Notes under the pieces: model-generated
The model's database searches: none
What the model was told of the DNA's origin: nothing
What the model saw: only the letters and a program-made list of their open reading frames with translations
Origin: Candidatus Methanomethylicia archaeon
Lineage (GTDB): Archaea > Thermoproteota > Methanomethylicia > CALHIW01
Assembly (NCBI GenBank): GCA_038845975.1
Contig: JAWBQF010000026.1
Span: 1-36,912, forward strand
Direction: 5' to 3'
DNA: 36,912 bases
Part shown: piece by piece, positions 1 to 10,008 of the stretch
Layout: every line of letters begins with the position of its first letter
Position numbering within the stretch: the stretch's first letter is position 1
Position numbers and translations under genes: made by a program

Positions 1-257
1 TGAGTTTAAAACATGAAGATACTGTTTAGAAGTTAAAAACCTAAATGGAGAGAATCATATAGTAAGGATAAGACTAAACTATTCGATAACTGCATACCAT
101 GTATGAAGAATAAATGCGATAATAAAAATGGATTAATGCCTAGAAATCAATAGTATACATGATAAATGAAACATGGATTGATGAAAAGATAAAGCTAAGA
201 ATTCATAGAAACACAATACCAAAATAGAATAATCAACATGCTTAAGTTAACAAAGCC
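1..257 (+). mobile_element. IS6-family relic (type A), 3' part of decayed transposase and right TIR; runs off the window start
   Basis: Ends in AAGTTAACAAAGCC (244-257), the TIR seen in the other copies. Internal sequence matches the 3' half of 29696-30410 and carries stops and frameshifts. Confidence 0.85.
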
Positions 258-1295
258 AAAGGAAGATTGGGAAAAGTTTTTCATTAAGAACTTTTACAAA
301 GTGGGATGAATACTTCTTCGTTAAGAGGGGCTCTCACTAATAGATTTAAAGAATAATAGGAAGATAAGCTATGAAACATTAAAGGATATGCCTCTAAGAG
401 ATTCAAAAAGAATTGTTATAGATGAATTTCATAGATTACCTGAAGACTTCTTAGATTTTCTACATGCAAATGCATAGAGATTAAATTTGGTTTAAATCAC
501 GTCAACCCTATGGCTATCCAGGAAGATTCTCTCTGAGAGTTCTCCTATATTTGAAATATTTAAGGAGTTTAGAATGGGCTTAGTTGACGAGAGGGATGCT
601 GTAAACTTCATGAAGGAAAAATTGAAAGGAACTCGTAGATTCTGCAATATATATTCGTGAACCGTGGCAAATCTTAATAGTTAAGGGAAGTATATATGAT
701 GAAATACCTAGAATCTTAATAGAAAAAACACAATAGAAAGACTAATAGGAGAAATCCTTAGAGAGAGGATAGGAAGTTAAGAAAAAGCTATCTAGCAATA
801 CTTGAGTGTATAGCTAACGGAAAACAGAAGTCTACAGAAATAAGTCATGACCTTTATGCTAAGAAAATTATAGATAAAGATGATTCAAGCCTAATTCAAA
901 GTTATCCTAAAATATTAGTAAATGTAGGGATAATAAGGAAGCTTAATGTTTAAAATAGGAAATTTGACCTCTACATACATGACTTACCAATACTAGACCT
1001 ATACTTCTACCTAGACTCTAAATATGGATTCTCAGAGCTTGAAATTTCAGAAAATGAAGTTAGAAAAGTCTTCAGAGAGAGGCTTCCACTTCATGCTAAG
1101 GACTTCTTCCGGAATCTATTAGCAAAAATGTTTGAATTTAAAACAGGAAAAATAATAGAGAGACTATGGTATCGATATTGTTCTACACTCATTCAGGAGA
1201 TTAAAACTAGTAGCTGAAGTAAAATGGAGGGAGGAAATGGAGTGGGAGGAAATAGAGAGAACAGGGAAAATACTAAGTAGATTCCCGAAAAATGT
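258..1295 (+). pseudogene. Archaeal ATPase with DUF234-type C-terminal domain, multiply disrupted
   Basis: Fragments translate to a Walker B-like IVIDEFHRLPE (about 412-444) and a PD-(D/E)XK-like LVAEVKWR (about 1208-1231). There are many stops and frameshifts, and no Walker A after the IS end at 257. Confidence 0.7.
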
Positions 1296-1324
1296 GAGAA
1301 AATCCTCTTTTTTCTCTGTTTTCC

Positions 1325-2067
1325 TAGAAGCCATAGCTGCACAGAAATGGTGCGACTCAGGCAAAGAAACAACAGCTTACGCCTACGACCTCTTTGCAAA
1401 ATAGGCTGGCTTAAAATGGGAAAAACCAAGATACAAGGCCATAAGAAAACCTCCCTTCATTCCCCTTGAAAGAGAAATCATCGACGTCCTCATCGCAGAA
1501 TGCAACAAACAAATTGCTACATTCCTTCAAATAACAAAGGAAACCGGTGCCAGAGCGGACGAAATCTTCAACCTTAAATGGATCGATATCGACACAGAAG
1601 CAAAAACCGTGAGAATAACTCCTGAAAAGGGAAGCAACCCGAGAATCCTCAAAATCTCAAACAAACTCATCAGCATGCTTAACAGCCTTCCAAAAAAGGG
1701 CGAAAACATATTCAGCAACTATGGAAGCCTAAGAAGCCTAAGCTGCACCTTTGAAAGAAACCGCAAGAAAATCGCCTATAAGCTTGGAAACCCGAGGCTT
1801 CTCAAAATCTCGTTTCATACTTTACGCCACTGGAAAGCCACAATGGACTATCATAAAACCAAGGACATACTCCATGTAATGCAGGTGCTGGGCCATAGAA
1901 ACATTAAGAACATGCTTGTTTATACTCAGCTGATTAACGGCGACGCTGAAGACGCTTATGTCTGCAAAGCCACCAAAACCGTTGAACAGGCTGCCGAGCT
2001 GATAGAAGCCGGGTTCGAATACGTATGCGAAATTGAAGGCGTAAAACCTTTCAGGAAGCGTAAGTAA
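1325..2067 (+). pseudogene. Tyrosine recombinase/integrase, 5'-truncated, in-frame TAG at 1402-1404
   Basis: The frame of ORF 1609-2067 extends upstream through KWEKPRY..PFIPLERE..KETGARADEIFNLKWIDID. Catalytic-type motifs TGAR, FHTLRH, LGH and LVY are present. The 5' boundary is approximate. Confidence 0.85.
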
Positions 2068-2092
2068 AAGTGCTGATGTTTTGTCCAAACAA

Positions 2093-2118
2093 TGGCGCGG
2101 CCGCCGGGATCTGAATCC
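2093..2118 (-). other. tRNA 3'-end fragment, putative att site
   Basis: Minus strand reads GGA TTCAGAT CCCGG CGGCCGC G CCA: T-loop, 3' T-stem, 3' acceptor strand and CCA. No 5' half is present. It lies 25 bp after the integrase stop. Confidence 0.75.
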
Positions 2119-2333
2119 ATAACAGCAACGGATGGAGATATCCCCCGCAAACCTCCTCTTTTTCCTTTAGGAGATATTAACAGAAGATCATCACGTAGTC
2201 GCTCGTTTTTAGCGGGATATGTGTTAGTTTATCAATCGGTCAAAACAAATTATATAGGGTTTATGCAAAATTTAGAGCAAATGTATGGGAGCAAAGATTA
2301 AAGGAACATAAGGGAATTCATGCCGTTTATCAC

Positions 2334-2724
2334 TTACCATCTTGGAATATCCAACTGCCCAAGATCGGCCCCATTCCTCAAGCAGTAATTCCAATATCGA
2401 ACCAATTTTGCTGTAGTGGCATTATTGACCAATATGTCTACCTTGCTGAATTCTTTAAGCGTCCTCTTCGCCAGTCTGTTCATACTATTCTCATATGCAA
2501 CATCAGTTTTGACAAACAACGCTTTGCCCCCTTCTAAACGGATTAACTCCTTAACTTCGGCTCCGGTGTCTGCAATTTCAGGAATGACAACTTCGGCTCC
2601 CCAGCCAAGCCAGAGCCCTCGCCAACTCTTTACCAATACCTCATCCAGCACCAGTAATTACTGCCAATTTTCTAACAAGACTTGTGCGGGATAGACCCAT
2701 TCTCTCCAATTTCTCAAAAAGCAT
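2334..2724 (-). pseudogene. Short-chain dehydrogenase/reductase, N-terminal fragment
   Basis: From ATG 2724 it reads AVITGAG*GIGKELARALAWLG (stop inside the TGxxxGIG motif), then frameshifts into ALFVKTDVA and VDILVNNA. Confidence 0.85.
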
Positions 2725-2869
2725 CTTCTTTTATTGTCTCCTCAAGCCAATACATTAGCTGGAAACTATTTATTTCTATTGCACTGCGTGTCTTGAATTA
2801 AACGCAACTTGCGACATCAAATGCGCGGGAGTTAGTTTAACTAAAAATTAATTAGAGGGGTCTTAAATG

Positions 2870-3260
2870 TTAACGATGACTAAAAGAAAATTGTGGCTTC
2901 TTTTTGTAAAGGATTATGAGAGATGCTGCTGGCACAATTAAGCCGATGGCAGCTGTAAATTGTATTGTTAACCCCCATATGTCAAGGGCTATGGTCGCAA
3001 TACTGGCCAGTATTGTGCTCCAGAAGCCCCATTTCCTTCCAACTAACAAGCCGAAGGTCGCAATAAGCCCTAAAACACCCAAAAAAAAGAAACATCGCGA
3101 AAAGTATAGCGGACGTTGTGTAGGATATGGGGGAGTCTAAAAACTGTCCCATTCCCTCAGGCGTGCCAAACGCCGCGAAGCATAGTCTGCCTAAAGACTG
3201 AACTATCCATAGAAAACTGACAAAAACCAATATCTTACCTCTTTTTGCAGAACCCGTCAT
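2870..3260 (-). pseudogene. Membrane protein (about 4 TM) split by a frameshift
   Basis: ORFs 2982-3260 and 2870-3082 join into one hydrophobic protein at the A8 run (3081-3088). Confidence 0.65.
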
Positions 3261-3264
3261 TTTC

Positions 3265-3732
3265 TCATCTATCCCTTTTAAGCTGAGCTGCTATTTTCTT
3301 TCCGAATTCTTTGCATTTGGTTAGTTCTCCTTCCGCTACGGGTCCTTTTATTCCTTGAATTTTTACAGATAAGCCAGCTGCTATCTGCCTTAAACCCGGA
3401 GCTTTTTCGCTTATTCTTTTCTCCATTTTCTTCGCAGCTTTCTCGAAGTCCATTCCCATATAGGTGTCGAAAACAGCAAATTTCTTTCCTTCCAGTCGTA
3501 GTTGACTAAGCTTGTCAATGAAGCCCTTAATGCCCCTTGTTGGACCGCCAAAATGATTTGGAGAACCAATCAAGATTGCATCATAACTGGGAATTGCATT
3601 AAAGTCCACCTCTTTCAGATCTTTAAGGGAAACTTCTGCTCCGCCCACCTCATTTATTCCCTCGATTATAGACTCTGCCACACGTTTGGTGTTGCCATAA
3701 TGCGACTCAAAAACCACAATCACCCTTACCAT
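3265..3732 (-). CDS. Flavodoxin domain protein
   Basis: FMN-binding loop ESHYGNT and AILIGSPNHFGG; intact 155 aa. Confidence 0.9.
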   Translation of the reverse strand: MVRVIVVFESHYGNTKRVAESIIEGINEVGGAEVSLKDLKEVDFNAIPSYDAILIGSPNHFGGPTRGIKGFIDKLSQLRLEGKKFAVFDTYMGMDFEKAAKKMEKRISEKAPGLRQIAAGLSVKIQGIKGPVAEGELTKCKEFGKKIAAQLKRDR

Positions 3733-3932
3733 AAATAACCAATTCTCTCATCCAATATTTAAAACTTGTGGGCGTGTCGGAGCAAACAGAAAACAAGCTC
3801 CAAAACCATGAAGGAATTGACGATTAGTGAGAGCACATCTCAGGTAATTGAATAAATAAAAATGCACTGTAAAAAGCTGAATGAGTACTTTTAGATGCTT
3901 GTTCTGCATTTTATTGTTTTCACAGCTAAAGC

Positions 3933-4686
3933 ATGGATAAAGTGGATGTTATTTTGTGTCAACTCTTGATGGCAAACTCCAGGCTTTCTTATCGTGAGCT
4001 GGCGGACAAACTAAACCTTTCCGTTACAGCTGTTCACAAGCGTATCCAATCAATTATGGAGCTGGGCATAATTCGCAAGTTTACAGCTAATATAAGCCTT
4101 GGCGCTTTAAAGGCAACTCACATCATCATTTTCGGGGGCATCTGAACTTCCCTCCCTTCAAAACTTAGATGTTGAATTGGCTCAGCATGACTCAATTTAC
4201 TGGCTTGCCATAGGTGGTGGAAACTTCCTCTACATCGGAGCTTATTTAAGAGGCATAACCGAACTTGAACTCCTCATGAATTACGTTAGAGATGTTGCAG
4301 GAATGCTTGAACCTACTGTTGGTATTACATCCCTTGCATCCGATTTTACTGTAGTGTCGATTGCAAAGGATGCAGTTTTATACGATTTAGATTATCAGAT
4401 TATTCATTCCTTGAAGGATAATTCACGTAAGTCAACGGTGGAAATCACTGAAGAATTGGGTGTTTCAGCAAAAACCATACGTCGTCGACTTTCCCGAATG
4501 ATTAAACAGGGGTTTATAGAATTGTCCATGGAATGGTATCCGGATGCTTCAAATGATATAATAACCATGTTTCACATTCATATGAAACCTGATGCTAACA
4601 AAAAAGAGATAAACACTATTCTTAAGAAATGCTATACTCAAAATACTACAAGCCCTGAAATTCCACGTTTTACAAGTAACGATTGA
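3933..4686 (+). pseudogene. Lrp/AsnC-family regulator with two HTH modules, frameshifted and probably 3'-truncated
   Basis: Two HTH motifs (NSRLSYRELADKLNLSVTAVHKRI and NSRKSTVEITEELGVSAKTIRRRL). ORFs 3933-4145 and 4177-4686 join by removing one G from the G5 run at 4134-4138. Confidence 0.8.
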
Positions 4687-4718
4687 AGAGTTATATATTT
4701 GGTTGATATAATATTACT

Positions 4719-7577
4719 ATGGATGTAACTTCAATGCTTGCAAAGCCTGTTAGGGAAGCTGCTAGAAGGAGGGGTTTTACAGAGTTAACTGAACCTCAGA
4801 GGAAAGCTATTCCGTTGATTCTAAGTGGTAATAATGTTTTACTTATTGCTCCTAGTGGAAGTGGGAAGACTGAAGCTGCTCTTCTCCCTATTTTCAGTAT
4901 GCTTATAACTTCTCCACGTATTCAGGGAATTAAGCTTCTATACATAACTCCTTTAAGAGCTTTAAATAGAGATCTACTAGAGAGGATTGAGTGGTGGGCT
5001 CATGTTCTTGATTTAAGGGTTGCGGTTAGACATGGTGATACAGAAGCTAGTGAAAGGGTTAAGCAGTCTTTAGCGCCCCCAGATATTCTAATTACAACAC
5101 CTGAAACATTACAGGCTATATTAGCCGGTAGAGTACTTCAGGAGCATTTACAGTCTCTACGCTGGGTTGTTGTTGATGAAGTTCATGAATTAGCAGATAA
5201 TAAGAGGGGTAGTCAATTATCAATTGCTCTTGAACGTTTAAGAATGATTATTGGGCATGATTTCCAGATTATAGGATTATCTGCAACAGTAGGCTCACCT
5301 GAACGTGTAGCTTTATTCCTTACTGGTTCTAGAAGGAGATGCGATATTGTAAAGGTTTCAGTAGCCCGTATTATTAGTTTGAGTATACTATATCCTAAGC
5401 CCAGTATGGAGGACTTTAAGCTTAGTGAGAATCTTATTACGTTTCCAGAAGTTGCAGCTAGACTTAGAGTTATAAGAGAGCTTATTGAGAAGCATTGTTC
5501 AACACTTATATTTACAAATACTCGTAGTATTGCTGAAATTTTAGCAAGTAGATTTAAAATGTGGGATTTAAACATTCCTATCGGTATTCATCATGGTAGT
5601 CTATCAAAGTACTCAAGACTTAATGTTGAGGCTGGGTTAAAACATAAAGTATTAAAGGGAGTTGTATGTACATCCTCGTTGGAGCTTGGAATTGATGTAG
5701 GCTCTATTGATCTTGTAATTCAATACAACTCTCCTAGACAGGTTACAAGGCTTCTACAAAGGGTTTGTAGAAGTGGGCATTGGCTTGAATTAATAGCTAA
5801 GGGGGTGATTATATGTATGGATTCTGATGATTTATGGGAGTCTATTGTTATTTCAAGAAGAGCCCTGAATGAGGAGCTTGAAGAAATAGAAATTCCAAAT
5901 TCACCTCTAGATGTATTAGCACATCAACTAGCAGGTTTACTAATATATAGAGGGAAATGGGGAATTGATGAGTTACTTAGCTTATTAAGAGAATCCTATC
6001 CATATAGAAGTTTAAGTAGGGAAGAGTTGTTAGATGTTATTCGATACATGGCTAATAGGTCTCCTCCACTTGTTCGTCTAATTGAGGATGAGGGAGTTAT
6101 TCAGCGTCCTCGTCCTATTGCAGGACTATATCAATACTACTTCTCTAAGCTCTCAATGATTCCTGAGGAGAAACAGTTCCTTGCTATAGATGAGGAGAAA
6201 AATCTACCTATAGGTCTACTTGACGAGGTATTTGTTGCAGAGTATGGTGATCCTGGAACTAAGCTTATTCTAGCAGGTCAACCATGGAAGATCCTATACA
6301 TACATGAGGGTAAAATCTACTTAAAATCTGAAGAAGACCCTACAGGAGCTATACCTAGCTGGGTTGGTGAGGAGATTCCTGTACCGTTTAGTATTGCTAT
6401 GGAGGTAGGATCTATCCGTAGAGTTGTAGAGGAGAAGGTAAGAGAGGGTTTTCCAAGAAGTAAAATTATAGACCTCATAGTGGAGAAGTATCCCGTTAGT
6501 AGGAATATAGTGGAGGAAGGTTTAAAGGAGGTTTTTGAACAGATAGATAATAAATACCCTATGCCTACAGATCGTAGATTAACTATTGAGGATTGGAATG
6601 AATATATTATTTTAAACTGTACTTTTGGTCTACTTGTAAATCGAACACTTGGTAGACTTCTCGCATATATTCTAGCAAATAAGATCGGTTTCTCAATAGG
6701 TGTTTATCAGGATCCATATAGAATCATATTGAGGGCTCCCTCCCTCTTAAAAGATGATGTATTTAAAGCTTTAAATGATTTAGTTAATTTATCGATTGAT
6801 CAGTTAATTATCGAAGCAATTCCTAAAACAGGATTGTTTAAGAGAAGGTTAATTCATGTAGCGAGGAGGTTTGGAGCCATAGAGGAGGAAGCTGATTTAT
6901 CATGTGTAGGCTTTGATAAGCTTATGGAGGGATTTAGGGAAACTGTTGTTTTCAATGAGGCTTTAAAGGAGGCTTTAAGTAGTGATTTTGATGTTGATGG
7001 CTTAAGGAAAGTTGTTGAAATGATTAAAAACAAAGTAATAGAAATAGTAGTAATTGATAATCATGGAGTTCCTACACCAATATCGCGTATTGGTATTTTA
7101 GAATTGACATGGAAGACTGACATTGTACAGCCTAAACGTATTCGGAAGCTTCTAATGGAAGCTGTAAAAGCTAGAATTCTTAATGAAAGAAGAACTCTTG
7201 TATGTGTGGGATGTTGGAAATATGTTAGGGAGGCTTACATTAAGGATTTACCGTATAGATTGATATGTCCAGAATGTAAATCAACAAGTTTAGGATTAGT
7301 GGGAAATCCTATAGATACGGTTCAAGAACTACTGGATAAGATAGCTTTCAACCAGGAATTAACATTAAGAGATAAGAGAATAAGAAGGAAGCTTATGAAA
7401 ACAGCTAAGCTAATAGCTAGCTATGGGAGAACTGCAGCTATAGTGCTTTCAGCCAACATATCCATTCGAGATGCTCAAAACCTTTTAGAGGAGGCAAACA
7501 TAGAAGGTGACTTACTTTATGAGAAAATACTTAAATATGAGAGGAGAAGACTATGGTTTACCACTAAGAGAAAGTAG
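4719..7577 (+). CDS. lhr: Lhr-family ATP-dependent DEAD/DEAH helicase (archaeal long form with C-terminal Zn finger)
   Basis: APSGSGKT, TPLRALNRD, DEVH, GLSAT, SSLELGID and PSWVGE motifs; C-terminal CxxC..CxxC. Confidence 0.92.
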   Translation: MDVTSMLAKPVREAARRRGFTELTEPQRKAIPLILSGNNVLLIAPSGSGKTEAALLPIFSMLITSPRIQGIKLLYITPLRALNRDLLERIEWWAHVLDLRVAVRHGDTEASERVKQSLAPPDILITTPETLQAILAGRVLQEHLQSLRWVVVDEVHELADNKRGSQLSIALERLRMIIGHDFQIIGLSATVGSPERVALFLTGSRRRCDIVKVSVARIISLSILYPKPSMEDFKLSENLITFPEVAARLRVIRELIEKHCSTLIFTNTRSIAEILASRFKMWDLNIPIGIHHGSLSKYSRLNVEAGLKHKVLKGVVCTSSLELGIDVGSIDLVIQYNSPRQVTRLLQRVCRSGHWLELIAKGVIICMDSDDLWESIVISRRALNEELEEIEIPNSPLDVLAHQLAGLLIYRGKWGIDELLSLLRESYPYRSLSREELLDVIRYMANRSPPLVRLIEDEGVIQRPRPIAGLYQYYFSKLSMIPEEKQFLAIDEEKNLPIGLLDEVFVAEYGDPGTKLILAGQPWKILYIHEGKIYLKSEEDPTGAIPSWVGEEIPVPFSIAMEVGSIRRVVEEKVREGFPRSKIIDLIVEKYPVSRNIVEEGLKEVFEQIDNKYPMPTDRRLTIEDWNEYIILNCTFGLLVNRTLGRLLAYILANKIGFSIGVYQDPYRIILRAPSLLKDDVFKALNDLVNLSIDQLIIEAIPKTGLFKRRLIHVARRFGAIEEEADLSCVGFDKLMEGFRETVVFNEALKEALSSDFDVDGLRKVVEMIKNKVIEIVVIDNHGVPTPISRIGILELTWKTDIVQPKRIRKLLMEAVKARILNERRTLVCVGCWKYVREAYIKDLPYRLICPECKSTSLGLVGNPIDTVQELLDKIAFNQELTLRDKRIRRKLMKTAKLIASYGRTAAIVLSANISIRDAQNLLEEANIEGDLLYEKILKYERRRLWFTTKRK

Positions 7578-7587
7578 ATATCATAGC

Positions 7588-8610
7588 TTAACGGTGGAAA
7601 CAATACTTTATCGTTGCATCCACCAGCGCCTTAATATGTTCAGTTGGTGTTTCTAAGTGGAAGTCGCATCCAGGTGAAATCATACTTACTCCTTCACATA
7701 TACACTTATTTACCTCCTCCACAATTCTACTTATAGGTCCTGTTAGAAGAGTTTTCCTAGAGGAGATATTCCCTATTATTGGATAATTCACTCTTATTCT
7801 ATTCACTATTTCCCTTACATGCTTAATCGGCGTTGTTTCATCAACTGCTATAGCTGAACATCCAATATTAACCATTTTATCTATTATCAGTTTTGTTGAA
7901 CCGCAGATATTTAGAATAGTTGGAGTTTTTAAATGCTTAACGATTTCTTTTAGATATGGAGTAATAAATTCATCAAAGTATACTGGAGGAACTACTGTAG
8001 CTCCCATTTCATGGAATGTAATAATGTCAGCTCCAGCCTCCTCGTATGTTTTAGCTACCTCTATGAAGAAGTTTAATACTGTTTCTAGAAGTCTATGCGC
8101 CTCACTCGGATTTCTCCTCATCATAGCGAAAAATCTTACAATACCCAACACGTAATTACTTATACATGTAAATGGAGGATCTAAATACACATTTATAGGG
8201 ACTCTTCCCTCAAACTCTCTCCTTAAAATTTTTATAGCTTCTACAATGATGGGAATTCTTCCAGCATCAACTACATTTCTAGGAATTCTTACTTTAGAAG
8301 GTTCTGTAATAAATTCCTTTACGTAGGGGTACTGAATTCTACCCTCAGGATATTCTATTCTAATACCGAGAGCCTCAGCCTCAACAGCCATATCAAATGG
8401 TAAGCTTACATTATCAAGTCCACATATTCTATGTGCTGCTGAAGCTAATTTAGCCATTTTCTCAGGGTTTCTATGAGCTTCAGGCCAGTATGCATTTACA
8501 GTCTTCATAAAGTCTATTGTTGCAACACTAACAGTATTTACACATGGAACCCTATCAACATCCTCAAGATACCCTCTAAGAATACTTATAACTCTCTCGT
8601 AGGAGTTCAA
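7588..8610 (-). CDS. MtaA/CmuA-family (UroD-fold) methyltransferase, copy 1
   Basis: YWPEAHRNPEKMAKLA, LPFDMAVEAEALG, GRIP, GADII, ILNICG, GNI, SPGCD and TPTEHIKA motifs. Start moved to TTG 8610 (MNSYER, compare MSPYER in copy 2) because the longer ORF runs into an IS relic. Confidence 0.88.
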   Translation of the reverse strand: MNSYERVISILRGYLEDVDRVPCVNTVSVATIDFMKTVNAYWPEAHRNPEKMAKLASAAHRICGLDNVSLPFDMAVEAEALGIRIEYPEGRIQYPYVKEFITEPSKVRIPRNVVDAGRIPIIVEAIKILRREFEGRVPINVYLDPPFTCISNYVLGIVRFFAMMRRNPSEAHRLLETVLNFFIEVAKTYEEAGADIITFHEMGATVVPPVYFDEFITPYLKEIVKHLKTPTILNICGSTKLIIDKMVNIGCSAIAVDETTPIKHVREIVNRIRVNYPIIGNISSRKTLLTGPISRIVEEVNKCICEGVSMISPGCDFHLETPTEHIKALVDATIKYCFHR

Positions 8611-8664
8611 GGCAATCACAATAAAATTTAAACATCTCCCTATATCCTTTACTGTTTTATAGAA

Positions 8665-9208
8665 GATACTGTTACGTTTAGGTTTTTGGGGGTTTTGAGA
8701 AGTAGTCTGTTGGGGATGGTTTCTATAGATAGTCTTCTTAAAGCCCTTAGGGAAAATGGTATTTCTAGGCGTAGTAGGGTTGCTTTTAGAAGAAGTTGAA
8801 GGCATTCTATATATGGCTTAGCTATAGGGTATTGTGTATGTCTGCAAGATAGTTAATGTGGACCACGTATCCATATGGTGTTGGGTTAAGAAGCCTGGGG
8901 AGGTAGGAATTGATGTAGAGCCAAAGCATCGAAGAATCATAGATGAAGCTAAAGGAGGCTGGATATTAATTCTATGTTTAGGCTGCGATAGATGTTAAGA
9001 ATAGGAGCTTATAGCGATAAGGACTTCATGGAAGCAAGAATCCTAGATGCTTTCTGAGGCAGGTTCTGAAGCATGCATTAACAAGCTCCTAATCCTCGTA
9101 GACAGAGGCATTCACAAGCTCTTCATCTCCTAGTACAACTGAATAAGACCACACCAAACCCTAAGAAAACCACCAGCAATATATAAACATTATAAACGTA
9201 ATAGTATC
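8665..9208 (+). mobile_element. IS6-family relic (type B), decayed transposase
   Basis: 16-bp TIRs GATACTGTTACGTTTA and TAAACGTAATAGTATC (15/16). Fragments translate to VDHVSIWCWVKK, FYV*AAIDVKNR, LILVDRG and YN*IRPHQTL. Confidence 0.8.
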
Positions 9209-9430
9209 TATGTTGATCAATTATTCATAAGTGTCGTATATTAAACTGATAAAAGAATATAATATCTCACCATAATTTAGGCTAGAGTAAGCAGTACTAT
9301 AGCTTCAACACTAGCAGCTCTCTTAAACTCAGCTCGACAAATTTTAAGCCTAGTTCTTAAAATCACTATATGGATTATGTAATCCTAGAAGAGAAATACT
9401 CAAATAATGAAATATTGTACTTGCTCTCTT

Positions 9431-9712
9431 TTGTATTAAGTGGTGGTCCACCACTATAAAGAAGCATGCAGAATACTAATTAAACATCAAGTATAGTTTC
9501 AAGATTAGGAATCTAATGGAGAAAATGATATAGTGAAAATAGATAAATTATCTGATAACTATATTCCATATGAGAATAAGTGTGATAGTGAGCCTATTAA
9601 TGCTATGAATCAATAGTATACATACTAAACGAACATGGACTAATAGAAAATAAACGAAAGAATTCATAGAAACACAATACCGAAAACAGAGATAATTAAA
9701 AATGCTTAAGTT
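9431..9712 (+). mobile_element. IS6-family relic (type A), partial 3' half with broken TIR
   Basis: Matches about 30100-30401 (for example GGAATCTAATGGAGA, GAATTCATAGAAACACAATAC, ATGCTTAAGTT). Confidence 0.8.
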
Positions 9713-9774
9713 CATAGAACAATCTATCACACAGTAAATTTTATAAGCTGTAATGCTTGAGGAAGCTGGTTATT

Positions 9775-10005
9775 ATGGTAAGGAATATATTGTTCCATGA
9801 GGCTAGCTGTAGCGGTTGCTGTAGCTGTATGTTAGCCTGTTCATTTACTTATCATAAGGTATTTAGCTTAGGCATGAGTAGGATAAAAATTGACAGAGAT
9901 GAAAAACATGGAAGCTTTAAAGCCTATTTTACTCCTGAATGTACTAAGTGTGGAGTATGTGTTAAGGCTTGTTTATTTAATGCTCTAAGGCTTGAGGAGA
10001 TGTAG
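9775..10005 (+). CDS. 4Fe-4S dicluster ferredoxin-like protein
   Basis: CSGCCSCMLAC and CTKCGVCVKAC motifs; 3 bp upstream of the AOR gene. ATG 9775 preferred over TTG 9757. Confidence 0.88.
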   Translation: MVRNILFHEASCSGCCSCMLACSFTYHKVFSLGMSRIKIDRDEKHGSFKAYFTPECTKCGVCVKACLFNALRLEEM

Positions 10006-10008
10006 TAT

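Noticed and set aside
1402-1404. In-frame TAG as possible pyrrolysine codon
   Set aside because: It lies in a truncated integrase at a probable Trp position, and no pyl genes or Pyl-type methyltransferases are visible in the window.
2093-2170. Complete tRNA gene
   Set aside because: No D-arm, anticodon arm or 5' acceptor strand is present.
2092-2301. 69-aa ORF starting MARPPGSES
   Set aside because: Its start is the antisense reading of the tRNA fragment and it has no coding features.
8611-8805. N-terminal 65 aa of ORF 7588-8805
   Set aside because: It runs antisense into the IS relic at 8665-9208; homology to the MtaA paralog starts at about 8610.
9548-9730. 60-aa minus-strand ORF
   Set aside because: Lies within an IS6 relic, antisense to the transposase remnant.
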